Source: Rhizophagus irregularis
Taxonomy: Eukaryota
DNA: 64,000 nucleotides
Reading direction: 5' to 3'
NCBI RefSeq assembly: GCF_026210795.1
Contig: NC_089432.1
Coordinates: forward strand, 248,001 to 312,000
Part shown: piece by piece, positions 12,563-25,600 of the stretch
Position numbering within the stretch: position 1 is the stretch's first letter
Layout of the letters: each line of letters begins with the position of its first letter
Program-made: the position numbers and the translations under genes
Notes under the pieces: generated by a model
What the model was told of the DNA's origin: nothing
Database searches by the model: none
Seen by the model: the letters and a program-made list of their open reading frames with translations, nothing else

Positions 12563-13501
12563 ATGGAATTTGTCAACAAATATTGTGAAACAGTTAACGA
12601 TCTTCAAATATCAAATAAAATAAATGTTGATAAACATACCATTAATAATTCATCATGTACGGAATTATTTCAAATCATCCAACATTTTAGTAAAATAAAT
12701 ATGAAAGAAGTAGAACCTTCAATTAAAAATATTAATGAAACCATATTTGAAGGAGATTTAATACTTATAGTTGATGAATTGGTTAATCTTATTTTTAAGG
12801 AGATGAATGAAGAGAAAGATTATAAAATAATAAAGAAACATGTTTATAATTATATAAATAATCATGAGACAAATTCACAAGAAATCTACAACTGTATTTT
12901 AAATAATCAAAATGATTCAAATAATTCTATCTATCTACTTGGATATTTTAATTATCATGGAATTGAAACCAATATTAATAAGCAAAAAGCGTTCAAACTA
13001 TATGAAAAAGCAGCAGAATTAGAAAACATTGCAGCTCAATTTAGTTTTATTAATATTTGTATCTACGAAAAAGGTAATGAAAAATATCATATTAAAGCTT
13101 TTGAATTATCAGAAAAATTAGCTGAAGGAGTGAATCCAAGTGCATTAAATACTTTAGGATATTGTTATGAGAATGGAGTTGGAACTGATATTGATGAACA
13201 AAAAGCGTTTGAGTTATATCAAAAATCGGCAGATTTAGGAAATTCAAATGGAATAAATAACTTAGGGTGGTGTTATGATAGTGGGTTTGGAACTGATTCT
13301 AATAAGAAAAAAGCATTTGAATTATATCAAAAGGCTGCAAATCTAGGAAATTGTTTAGCACAATATAATATTGCTTTAATGCATGAAAAAGGGGAAGGTA
13401 CTGAAAACGATATAGATAAAGCAATTTATTGGTATGGAAAATCGGCTGCACAAGGAGATCCAGTTGCTCAAAATAAACTATTCAATCTTTTAGAAGAATG
13501 A
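12563..13501 (+). CDS. Sel1-like repeat protein, 5 SLRs, kinase-less
   Basis: ORF track 12434-13501; ATG at 12563 (MEFVNKY) preferred because it aligns with the paralog start at 36609. Confidence 0.9.
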   Translation: MEFVNKYCETVNDLQISNKINVDKHTINNSSCTELFQIIQHFSKINMKEVEPSIKNINETIFEGDLILIVDELVNLIFKEMNEEKDYKIIKKHVYNYINNHETNSQEIYNCILNNQNDSNNSIYLLGYFNYHGIETNINKQKAFKLYEKAAELENIAAQFSFINICIYEKGNEKYHIKAFELSEKLAEGVNPSALNTLGYCYENGVGTDIDEQKAFELYQKSADLGNSNGINNLGWCYDSGFGTDSNKKKAFELYQKAANLGNCLAQYNIALMHEKGEGTENDIDKAIYWYGKSAAQGDPVAQNKLFNLLEE

Positions 13502-13961
13502 ATTTAAATATGATAAGGTTTTATTTTATTTTTGAAATTAAGTTTTGCATTTTATTATTGATATAAATAATTTCTTCAATTTTTAAATTGAAGAAATTAA
13601 ACTATAATTATACAACCAATAAACTTTCATTCAGTTAAATTGCATTAATATTCAATGCAAGAGGTATTTCCCGATTTCATAGTGCATGGAATTTTTTTTT
13701 AAAATTATATAGGTTATATACGGTAATAGCAATAAAAGAAATAAATGAATTATTGTTAATAATTTTTTTCCTATTATTTGATTAACGTTTAATATTAATT
13801 AAAACAAGTAATTTTAATTAAATTATAATATTTAACAAAAAGGATATCAATAGATCAGCTATGGAATTGCAATTTGAAAGACAAATCTAAATTAAAGGAA
13901 ATAGATTTAATTGGATAAATTACTCATTTTTTGTTTAACGTGATGCGAGGTTATCATGTGA

Positions 13962-14610
13962 TTTTCGTATTGAAATGTGTGAATCACCTTTTTACACGAA
14001 CTTTTAATATTTTAAATCGGATTTTTAATAAATATATAAATATTCCACCAAAAATTTACAATACGTATTTTATTTTTTTTTTGTTACTTTTTTGTAAAAA
14101 TCATTAAATTTTCTTTTTACATGAATTTTTAATATTTTTTGAACAATATTTTTTATACAGAGTGGATTAGAGGCGGACTTTTTTTTTTTGAATGTTAATT
14201 TGTTGCCCAGTGATGATTTTAAAGACGATCAAAAGCCCATTTGATTTTCCATAATTAATGATGTTATTTTCATAGCGCGACAAATTAATGCAGTTTAATA
14301 TTCCAAAAAAAGTCCTCATGGTGACTTTTGTCACTCCACTATATCAATATAAATATAAAAAAAAAATTTTACATATAAAACTATTAGGTGAATATTTTTA
14401 AACATTTAATTTTATGATTCATAAAAAAGATCAGGTTTAAAAATATATGTAAAAAGGTGATTCAAATAATTTTTATATAAAAATCTAAAAATCCCATATA
14501 ATTAATATTAACGTTAATTGGTATTGATTTTGAATTTTTGATGATTCACAAAAAAAAAACTGATATAAATTCGTGTAAAAAAAAGGGATTCACATTTTCA
14601 ATACGAAAAA
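13962..14610. mobile_element. Inverted-repeat-bounded element (~40-bp imperfect TIRs)
   Basis: ttttcgtattgaaatgtgtgaatcacctttttacacgaa versus ttcgtgtaaaaaaaagggattcacattttcaatacgaaaa. Confidence 0.55.
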
Positions 14611-15259
14611 TCGTATACGATTTACGATTACGTACGTAACTTAAGTATTTTGAGTGGATAGTTGACAACCTCGGCAAATCGGATTTTCTCAATACGGTAA
14701 TAATGCAATAATTCAACCCCGATATACCGTAGATATTTAAATCTTCAGGAGCTTGTTATTTAATTATTAATATAATAAATGTTTTAAATCGGAAGGAATA
14801 TGTGAAAAATTATTTCACGAGTAATTTAATACAGCATATAAATTTAATTAAATTCATGAGAGTAAACACACATATATATATACATATAGAAATGAGTAAA
14901 TAAAAGGATTTTTTTTTATTTAATTGATGGTCTGAGGATTTCCACAATATAGTACGTACCCTATAAAAAAAATTCCGAAAAAACTCTCATTTTTCTGAAA
15001 AATATTTTATAGGGGTATAGTAGATGACCTCTGGAAACGTAATCCACCTGTGATTCCAATAGGTTTCTTCCAAAATCAGTAAAAATACGGAGTTATTATC
15101 TGAGGGGACAAGAGTTGGAGTTTGACTCTTCGATCTTATTTCTGTACTCGGACAAAAGCTATATAGCACTTTTCGAACAGCAGGAGATATTAGATGGAAC
15201 CCATATCCGCATAGTCAAACTTATTCTCTCATCTGAACAGATTAATATTTTTCAAAGTT

Positions 15260-15960
15260 TCGAAATTCATCCAATCCAACGAAACCGATATCTACAAATA
15301 AAAGAAAAATAAGATTTATTTTTTAAAAAAAAAGGTAAAAAAAGTTTCGAAGTGAAACGAAACATCGAAGCATACCTATCCAACGCGTAAGAACCATAAC
15401 CGACATCAAATAAAAGAAAAAAATGTTAATTAAATTTTAAAAAAAAAATTAAAGAAATTTTGAAACGAAATTTCGAAACTCACCTACCCAAAGCCAAAGA
15501 ATCGAAGCTGATATCTACAAATAAAATAAATTTAAATAAAAAAATAAAGTCTCTGAAACTTCGAAACTCAGATATCCAATGCCCAAGAATCAAAGCCGAT
15601 ATCTACAAATAAAAAAAATTAATTAAATTTTTAAAAAAAAAAATTAAAGAAATTTTGAAACGAAACTTTGAAACTTACCTATTCAGCGTCCAAGAATCTA
15701 AAACCAATATCTATAAAATAAAAGAAAAAAAAATAATAGAGATAAATTAATTTTTTAAGAAAGTTTCGCTTCGTAACTCACTTATCCAAAGCACTTATCA
15801 AATTGAAACTAATACAAAAAAAAATAGTTAGTATATGCTTATACACCTTTATTTAATAAATAAATATATTTTAACTTACTGGGAGTCGAGAACCTAAAAA
15901 AATGAAAAAAAGAAACGTTAGTACGTTTCTTCAACACAATTGAACGTCATATATTATACC
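15260..15960 (-). repeat. Degenerate tandem array of ~90-120-bp units carrying splice-like signals
   Basis: Recurrent gatatctacaaataaaa (minus strand ttttatttgtag|atatc) and tttcgaaactcacc / cttacc (minus strand g|gtgagtttcgaaa), about 6 units. Confidence 0.6.
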
Positions 15961-16764
15961 AAGAGTTCGGTAACCTAAAAAAAAAAAATTTTTTTTTTAA
16001 AAAAATAGAAATGAAACCGTTTTAGATTATCAACGATCAGTTAAAAAACTGATCAGAGCTTAACTGAATAAAGAAATGCCGCAGTTTTGGTATTTGAGAC
16101 AGAGCTCCGAAAGGGTCGGTAATTGACTTGACCCGAAAATTATTAAGAAATTCAAAAAAAAACGTTTCCAACGTTGTTGAAAAACGTTGCGAAAACGTTT
16201 TTTAGATAATTAAAAAAACGTTCTTATTTATTTTTTATTTAAATATAAAAATATTATTTAAAATTCATGATATTGTATAAATACATTTTCTAAAGTATAT
16301 TTTACACATTTACATAAAATCCATGTTGAGTCCTTAAAATAATATAAAATAGTGTATGTAAATTTTATATAGAATTTTCATATAAAACTCCTACACAAAA
16401 AATAAAGGTATGATGATAAAATTAAGTTACTAAAAAATTTGCATAATTAACTCAATTATGGTTAAAAAATATTTATTATAAATTCAAAATGTCATGATTT
16501 TATTAGAAATGAACAAGTTCAAAATAAATCACATTTCATATATTTTACATTTTATAATCCTAACTCCCCTTTAAACATGTTTGTAAAAAAAAAAATAAGT
16601 TTCATTCTATCTAAAACATAAAAATAATGAATTATGTGATTTCAAAGGTACTGAACTTATTGCACAATTCATTTTAATAACTATGTCATTCCTAATATTG
16701 AAACATACTGTATTATAATGCAAAAAAAAAAAAATAAATAAATAATGGATACTAATCTAGCTAG

Positions 16765-17525
16765 TTATTTTTTTTTATTTTTTAAAACAATTTGAAAAAC
16801 TTCAAAGTCATCTGCTTTAAATCTTGCTGGCATACCAACTTCAGGATAAGAAGAGACAGAACTATTTTGAATTGAATTGCTACACCACTCATTATTATTA
16901 AAAAATAAGTCAATACTACCGCCAAATGCTGGACTAACAGATGGACAATTTCGTATAGAATATTGATTATCGTTACTATAACTTACTTTTGCATTTTGAA
17001 GGTCATTTTTATCTATAAATGAGAATAATAGGCTATCATAAGTAGATTCCCATGCATTACGCGAATCCCAATAAAGTGGATTATATCCTCCAACTATTTG
17101 TTCTGAATTTGTGATTTTTACTATAACAATTGTAACACCTTTATTATCACATTTAGTATGAAATGCTGCAACTGTATTACAATCCCTACTAGCACGATAA
17201 ATTAAATTAAAATTATAAGGAATATTTTTTTCATTATAATGAAACTGATTTTTCATTTCAATCCAACTAGAAAAAATAGCAAAATGTTTGTTATTTATGA
17301 TAATAGAATCATAAATACATTTTAGTTTCCTAGGGGTTGTATATTATTAACATTTAATTGATTATCTGGAGTCATATGAAAAGCAAGTATATTATCAATT
17401 AAATCCTCTGGCATTATTTTTTAAAGGGTATACTTTAGCAATAAAGTCAGCAGAAGGAATATGATAAAATCTTATCAATGGAGTAAATCTATAAATAGTT
17501 CTCTCCATAATCACAATTTCTTTTA
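16765..17525 (-). pseudogene. 5'-truncated BTB/BACK-TLDc family gene (TLDc domain retained)
   Basis: FNLIYRASRD..FHTKCDNKGVTIVIVKI..IVGGYNPLYW..PAFGG..DDFEVFQI is TLDc. Upstream MERTIYRFTPLIRFYHI is joined only through frameshifts; no N-terminus found. Confidence 0.75.
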
Positions 17526-17617
17526 AAGAACGATGTATTACACAACGTTTGGTCGTTTTATTTTATAAAGGAAATCACATGAAAATCACATAATTATGCA
17601 ATGTTGTTATTCACGTG

Positions 17618-18445
17618 TTTATCGCTGTTTTCAATTTGGTGCGATCATAGAGGGCGGACATGCTTATTATCACCTGACGATCATTAATCAATTTAATAAT
17701 ATACCTGCCGATCATTTAACGCTCAATATTAACTTAAACTACTTATAAATTTGAAGATACATTAATATCTGAAATTTTCAATTGGAGCAAAATCAATAGA
17801 TCTATGTGTTATGTGATAAAATCGAATAATCGCACTAAAAATTGATGGCAGAAGATGAATATGCATGGCAGAAGTTTAAAACTTTGCATAGATATTCTTT
17901 ACATCATACAGGTTTTTTACTTGTAAAGAATTCAGCTAATTATAACATTTGCTTATTAAAAATTAAAAGGTTATTACTTATGAAAGTTAGCCAGTAATGA
18001 TTTGATTTGGATAAAAATCTATTTAATTAAAACTTGATATAAAATAAGATTTTCAGTAATATTCTGATATATAAAAAATATAACGGCACTAGTGATAAAA
18101 TTGTGAATGATCGGCAAATGATCGGCAAAAGTGAAGTGATAAAATGAAGATGTCCCCTAAAAATAATCAATTTTTAAAAATTTGTGAATACCCGTGATTT
18201 TTTAAATAATCATCTAGAAAAGGGTTGATTACCTATGATTACCGGGGAAATCATGGAAAATTCCCAATAATTTGAGTAGTTTACTTATAAAAATCTGTTA
18301 TTGTTACACAAAAGTTAAAAAACTTGCTTATCAACTATTTTCTATATGATTTTTTAGGAAAATCATGGGTATTCACAAAAATTTTGATAATCATATTTTT
18401 ATGGGAGTGCTAGCTGTGATCGCACTAAATTGAAAACAGCAATAA
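17618..18445. mobile_element. Composite of nested TIR elements
   Basis: Outer 33-bp IR tttatcgctgttttcaatttggtgcgatcatag / ctgtgatcgcactaaattgaaaacagcaataaa; inner IR pairs at ~17651/18158 and ~18155/18409. Confidence 0.6.
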
Positions 18446-19739
18446 ATCAACTTATACCATAGGTTGTAAAAATGGTTATTTGTAATATACCAGAAATTAA
18501 TGTTTAATCGCAGCAAATTTTGGCACCATTTTCCAAAAATGTGTTTACTTTGAAAGTAAAATTAAAAGTATTCAAATTTAACATAAGACCTTACAAACAA
18601 AAAAATATAATTACTTCCAGAGTTATTAAAAATAATTTTTATTTAATTTAGAAGAAATCATAAAAATAAAAATGTATATTAAATTTTTTTATTAAATAAT
18701 ATAATTTGGTCTGTAGTCCGTAGTCCGTACAATACTGGTACATAATTAGCGTTATTAATTATAAGTTGTTAAATAAAGAATGAAACTACATAAAAACATG
18801 ATAAACTATATAGTAAAATAATTTAAAATTTAATTAATTGGTAAGTAGGAGACCTAGTTTTATAAGAATTATATTCAATAGCATCACTGCTAAAATTCAA
18901 ATATACTCTTCTAGCATCATCAGATAATTCTTTCCACTTTTCAGTTGCAAGCTTGGAAAGAGTTGATCTAAGAAAGCTATATTTATGAAGTACTTCATAT
19001 TCTTTTTTAATGACAAAACAAGAAAATGTTGACCTTGAAAATGTAAGTTTTGGATCGAAACTGTTGAATGAGAATTTTATTGGATGATTTACTGTTTGAA
19101 TATTCTTATAAATAATTTTATGTATTATTAGCTAGTTCGACTGCAGAAGTTGCAGTAGTTAAAATTATATTCTTTTCTTGTGACATAATTTTTTTTTTAA
19201 AAGAAAATGTTACAATTTCTTGAAAGAAAATAAATTTATTGTGGACGAACGGACTAAAAATTCCTATTGTTAATCCTTTATAGTTTATATTATGTGCGAG
19301 TTACACAGAGAAGTGTTTTACTTTGGTTACTCAGGTTAAATTGATTGAAAATCTTAAAAATTTTATCATATTGACGAATAACAAAAAAAATTTTTTCCTA
19401 CAAATAACAAAAATATTGATAAAAAATTTTACTAACCATTAATCCCATCTTTATTTCTAATATGTTGATAAATAACAATAAAATTATATTATCATTAAGC
19501 GCGCCCATTTATCGTTAAATTGTCTCCGCAGTAAAATCTCAATTCTCGCAATAAGTAACGTGGCTTAGACCAAATTTATTTATAATAATAGACAAGATGG
19601 ATAGTCGATCTACAATCTCTTTTTTTTTTTAAAAAAAAAAATTTTTTTATTTTATGACCGAATTTTAATTAAATTTTTATTCCTTATTCAACTTTAAAAA
19701 TATTTCATTTGAAATAATCATATAATATTCTCAATATCT

Positions 19740-20400
19740 GAATTCTGAAACAAAATAAAAACAATTATGATTTATTTATCACAAACTTGATTCAGACAAA
19801 CATATTTTAATAACATATTCCATTTTATATAAATATATTCTATAAATATTTTACATATTAACATTACATATTTAACACTTACATCATTATATTACCACAT
19901 TAACTCCTTATCATACAACATAGAAACTTTTTAAAATTTACCCTTATTACTCCAATTAATTTATTTATTAATAGTACGATATTTACAAAAATGATATAAA
20001 ATGAGTAAACAATTTACAAAATGAAATCTATTTAAATCAAAAACTAAATTGATCTCACATTACCATCATCATCTTTCGGACAAATGATCCTAATAATAAT
20101 AACAGCACTGAGATGGCATTGATCAAGGCGAATCCATCTCGCAATTTATTACTTACGGCATGTATTTTATGACCTATATTATCGTAGCATGGCTATGAAA
20201 AATGGGATGCCTATGAAGAAATCAACATAAGTTTATAAAGCATCTATTAGTTCTTCAATTCTAATGAATTCTGAAAAAGCAATATTGTTAATATTACAAA
20301 AGTTTCTGACAACATAATTCGATCACATAGAAACTACATTTCATTTCACGTTACTTTTGGCTCGAGTATGCAAATAGAAATTTTTGAAAAGAAAATAATA
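19740..20400 (+). mobile_element. Highly degenerate LINE reverse-transcriptase relic
   Basis: gatggcattgatcaaggcgaatccatctcg = DGIDQGESIS, followed by VFYDL, matching the non-LTR RT GxxQGxxxSP..YD motif; boundaries approximate. Confidence 0.5.
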
Positions 20401-21168
20401 GCCCTAGAATGCTTAAGTATTAGTTATTTACTGATCTAGTAGTATATAAATGGCCATTATACTAAACTAGATCAGTAAATAACTTTTTTATCATCCTAGA
20501 TATACTAATTGGTCCGCCAGTTTATAACTGGCGGAAAAAATCCTAAATACCAATTAGTAGCCACGTGATAATAAAAGTTATAAATATAGGAAAGAATGGT
20601 ACGGATAACAAAATTTTCTACAGTATATAATTACGTTAAAGTGAATTGTTGCTACATTTTTTTTATTTTTTTCCCTCTTTTATTCAATTTTATTTAATTT
20701 ACTAATGTATGGATTATTGAACTCAGTATTCATCTTGTCATTATATATAAATAAATAGCTAAAGTTTATTCTGAAAGAAACTGACAAAATTGAAAATTAT
20801 AAACAATAAAATTATTTAGCTTGTAATAATATAAAAATTTATATAATAAATATAATGTTCAAATTAAAATGTGATTTACTTATTAATAAATTTAGAATAA
20901 CTAATTATTTTGCATTAATTTATTGATTAATTATAATAAATATATAAATACAAAAATTTTTTAAATTATAGAATCCTGAAATCCTGATTAATAAGGACAT
21001 CATATGTCCGAATTCTGGTGAACCAGCATTATATTTGGCCCAAATTATAACTATGGGCAACCTATTAAATAATAATAATAACACTGTGTGTCTGAAATCC
21101 TATTAAAAAGGACATCATATGTTCGAGTTTTGGCGGGTCAGCATAATTCCACATGAATTTTTCAATAT

Positions 21169-21370
21169 TAGCCCTGTTCAAAATCGTTCGGTTGCATTTT
21201 TCGATCAGTCAGGAATAAAGCAATCTTATTGGTAGAAAAAGTTCGATCCAAAAACCTAAAAAAATATTGGCCTAAAAGATCGGTCACGCAAACAAATGCA
21301 GCAGATCCGTCCAATCAAATTAAACCACAACCGACCAAAAAATGCGACCGAACGATTTTGAACAGGGCTA
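21169..21370. mobile_element. MITE with ~33-bp TIRs
   Basis: tagccctgttcaaaatcgttcggttgcattttt / aaaaatgcgaccgaacgattttgaacagggcta, one mismatch. Confidence 0.8.
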
Positions 21371-22133
21371 TTGGGTAGTGTTGTAAAGTTCGGCCTAAGT
21401 TATGTAGTAGCCTATGAGAAACAGGGACCAAGTGAGTTGCCCATTGGTCGGATTGGGCCGCCTATATAAGGTTATAATATATATACTTGTGACATAAAAT
21501 GACAAGTCATTTGTCATTTGTCATTTGAATTTCAAATGATCAGTCATTTAAGTCATTTGATCAATATTAAATATTTTGAAAGTTTTTATCAATAATCTTA
21601 TTTAATATAATATACTGTAAAGTAACAAAATATAAAAAAAATCTTGTTTGTCTATGTAACAAAAAATTTTTTCATAGTGGCAAAAGATTTTTATATTACG
21701 TGATTTATAATTTATATTTAACGAAAGAAATCAAATAATTTACTAATTTTGCAATTTCTTGCCTTAACGATCAACTCAAATTTACTGGCCAACCAAATGA
21801 GTCATACTGAGGCTTCTTTTAAGTACTAACATTTCTGCATAATTAGCAGTCTTGAATCAAAATTATCCATATAAATTTTATTTAACATTAATTTTCACGC
21901 ACATATCTTGTTTTATTTTAGCATTATAATTTAAAGTATAATTATAAACTAAAATTAAAAAATTATGCTATATAGTAAAAATGCAAAATACAAGTCAAAA
22001 TTTGGATTATTTAGCTGAAATTGCTTTTTAATATTTGATATATCAATGTAATTTTTTTATTGGCTTATTTCTAAATTTGTATGGAGTGGTGAAGAATAAT
22101 AATGTAACAACAAATTTAATCAACCTAATGATA

Positions 22134-22308
22134 TTATTGTCCGAAGCGTAGCGGAGGAAATTAACAGTTAGACATATTGTAATGTCTGTCCGCACGCGTG
22201 ATTAACCAATAAGATGTATTATTGATTATTATCACGTGATCAGATTTTTCGGTGATGCGTGATTTTAAACGAGTGCTTCGGACATTACAACGGATCCCGT
22301 TACCTAAT
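22134..22308 (+). mobile_element. Helentron-associated HINE-like element, copy 1
   Basis: 5' subTIR tattgtccgaagc, 3' subTIR gcttcggacatta, stem-loop aacgg-atc-ccgtt, terminal ctaat. Confidence 0.6.
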
Positions 22309-22692
22309 ATATAATAATAGTTATGTAAAATGATTTATGAAAAAAAAATAAATAAATGACTAGGTCATTTCTGAACACTGCCTTAGTGGGGTAACCTAGT
22401 ATCGATTTACTGATTTAAACATACATGAAATAAATTTTAGCAAAACAGTTTAGTCAATTTTCAACTAGATTTTATAGATTTCATCTATAATTTAAGCTAA
22501 AAACACCTATATGAAATTTAACTGAAATGGACTATTTCAATTTCAACTAGTAATAAGATTTACTTTCAAAGAGAAAACATAAAATATATTTATTCAATTT
22601 TTATAATTGATTACAAACTGGTCTATTTAATACATTATTCATAATTTCCAATAATTCCAGTGATCAAATTATAAAACTAATGTAATATTAAA

Positions 22693-25600
22693 TTATTTTG
22701 CATGTATTTCCAATAATTTCTCTAATTTCTCTTCTAATTCCTCAAACTTACTTAATTTCTCTTCTAATTTCTCTAATTTATCTTCTAATTTCTCTAACTT
22801 GTCTAATTTCTCTAACTTATCTAATTTCTCATCATTAGATTTTACTTTCTCCAATATTGCCTTATTGTCATTAGGATTACATTTAATTTGAAGTTGTTCC
22901 AATAATTTTTCTTGCATATTTATGAATTCCTTATTATCCCATTCACCCTCTTTAATCAATCTTTCAATTTCTATTCGAGTCTTATCAACATCAGCATAAT
23001 AATGTCTTGAAAAATAAATTAGAATAATTAATAAAATCATGTCATTATATTTTCTTTAATAAAAAGCAAAATTACATACATTACTTCAGGAAACCATGTT
23101 CGCCAACGTCTCTGATGTGGTAATAGGTAAAATAACTCAATCTCAGCCAAAATCTTTAAGAAATAAAAATTGAGAAATATATCAATATATTTATAGAAAA
23201 TAGAATGAATAATATTAATATTATTTACTTCTGCCTTCTGTAACAAATATGAGACTCTATTATTATCTTCTTCAATTGCATTATTGAGTAATCCAATCAA
23301 CAAGTTCATAAGATATACAACAACCAAGAGGGAAAATAAAACAATCAATATTGCAATTGATGGATTATCTGCATATGACCAATTGGATAATGCACTTGAA
23401 TCACCTATTGATAAGAAAGAAAAAATATTAGAAAAATGTTTATATATAGTTACTATGAAAGATTTAAATATATTGTACCTGCTAAAAATAAATATATAGC
23501 AAAAAGAGAAGTTCTAATATCTATAAACATGTTTGTATTTTTATCAGGTGTTTGAATCATAAATGGATTGGGGTTTATATTTCCATTATTATCAATTACT
23601 TGACTATAACTAGGAGCTAAACTCCAAGGATTATTCGGATCATCATTATTTGTATGTTCAAGTGAAAATTCAGATTTTGGTGATAATAAAATATAAAATG
23701 CATGTGCAAAACTTATTATAATAATGAATATGACTAATAAAAAAGAAAAAATCTTTTTTCCAACACTAATAATAATTGCAAAATATACGCCAAAATATTC
23801 AAATGCTCTAAAAAATAACAAAAACTTTATATCCAAAAATAAGCATGAAAAAGAAAGCAATTGAATTAGATAATTATTATTCTTATCATTTGTTTGAAGC
23901 CAATAAATAGAAGTGTAAATTGAAAGTACATAAGCAATTATATCTGAAATATTAAATTATTATATAATTAATTTCATTTTCTTAAATATTGTAAATATAT
24001 AAATTAAACATTTATATTTACCAAAAATATTCCAAAAATTCTTGAGCCACTTAGTAACATTATAAAAAAATTGACGAATTTCTAAAATCAGATGAATAAA
24101 TCCAAGTATAATTGAAGCAATAAAAAGTTGTTGTCTAACTTCTTCACTAATAAATTGCCGAGGAATTGTTGCAGCAGCGGTAAAGCATCCAAGTAAAGCC
24201 ATAAATAAAATCCAAATCATTGCATAATAATATTTTCCATAAGCATTCCATTTAAAATTAATTAATGCTTCACCATTCCATGTTTTGTAGATATTTCTAT
24301 TTATTGATTTAGTAAATGGACTAGGTTGAGGTCTAATTAATTCTAAGAGCCAATTATAATCTTTTGAATAATTAACAAAATTAATATAGGGAATCATAAA
24401 GGTAATTGTTGGTGTTGTTGTTATATCTTTTTGAAAGTATTTAAAAATTTTAACAGCACGAAAATAAGCAGAAGAAAATACTACATCTAAAGGATAAAGG
24501 TTATTAATAAAATTGTATTTTGATAAAATATAAAATGTAGCCAAATAAAGGGGTAAAGTTAAAAGTATTATTAAAGCTTGCAACGTTAACATAATTTTTA
24601 ACAGTAAATCTCTATATATATAATTTTTTTTAAATATGCAATAAACTTTATAACAATATTTTGTCCATAAAAGAGATTTCGATAAATTAGCTATTTGAGG
24701 AGATTGAAAACAAGAATAAAGATGTAAATTTTTATTTTGATGCCTTATTCTATAAAAAGAAGAATCTATTATCATATTCGTTTCTGATGAATATTTTGGA
24801 ATATATTCTGGATAATATTCATCTAGTAATGGCATTGCAGAAGTGATAATGCTTAATAATGACTTATTGTTCGGATCCTCTTTAAAATAAGTCATACATT
24901 TTTTATAAATATCATTAATTAATTCTATCTTATGTTCTTTAATTGCAAATGTTAATAATTCAACTCCATATTTCAAAAGACTTGACTTATTATTCATTAC
25001 ATGTGAAACCCATCCATTTAATCTAAAACTTTCATAATTTGGTAATGGTAAAGTAGATTTTGAAAATATTCTTTTGTTATGTTGAAGTATTTCCATATAT
25101 TTTTTGTTATTGCTATCGTCATATCTATAATCATCGAAATTCATAAAATAAAAATAGTTTAAAGAAATAGATTTGTTATTTTCACTAAAAGTATAAATAA
25201 GAATACCAAATGTTGTCAATATAACAATATTATTATTATTAAATAACGAGCTCACAATTAATTCATGTGAGTTAGAGGTTCCTGAGTAAATTGTATAAGG
25301 ATAATGATAATTTTCAATTCTCATGCTAATTAATTCCCATCCAGTATTAATTTTTTTGAAAACTTCTAGTCTAATTTCACCACCACGTTCAGCATATATT
25401 TCCCATTTAATTAAATTTTCAATTGATTCAGTTAATTTTTCTTTACTATCGCATGTGGCTCTTTGAAATAATGTAGATACAGTATCCATATATTGATTAA
25501 ATAAAAGAACATTTAAGTGATTGTAAGTTTTCTTGTCATGATCATCACATTCAATAACTTTAGTTTTTGACATATTTTCGTAAAATTTAGATTTCCAAAC

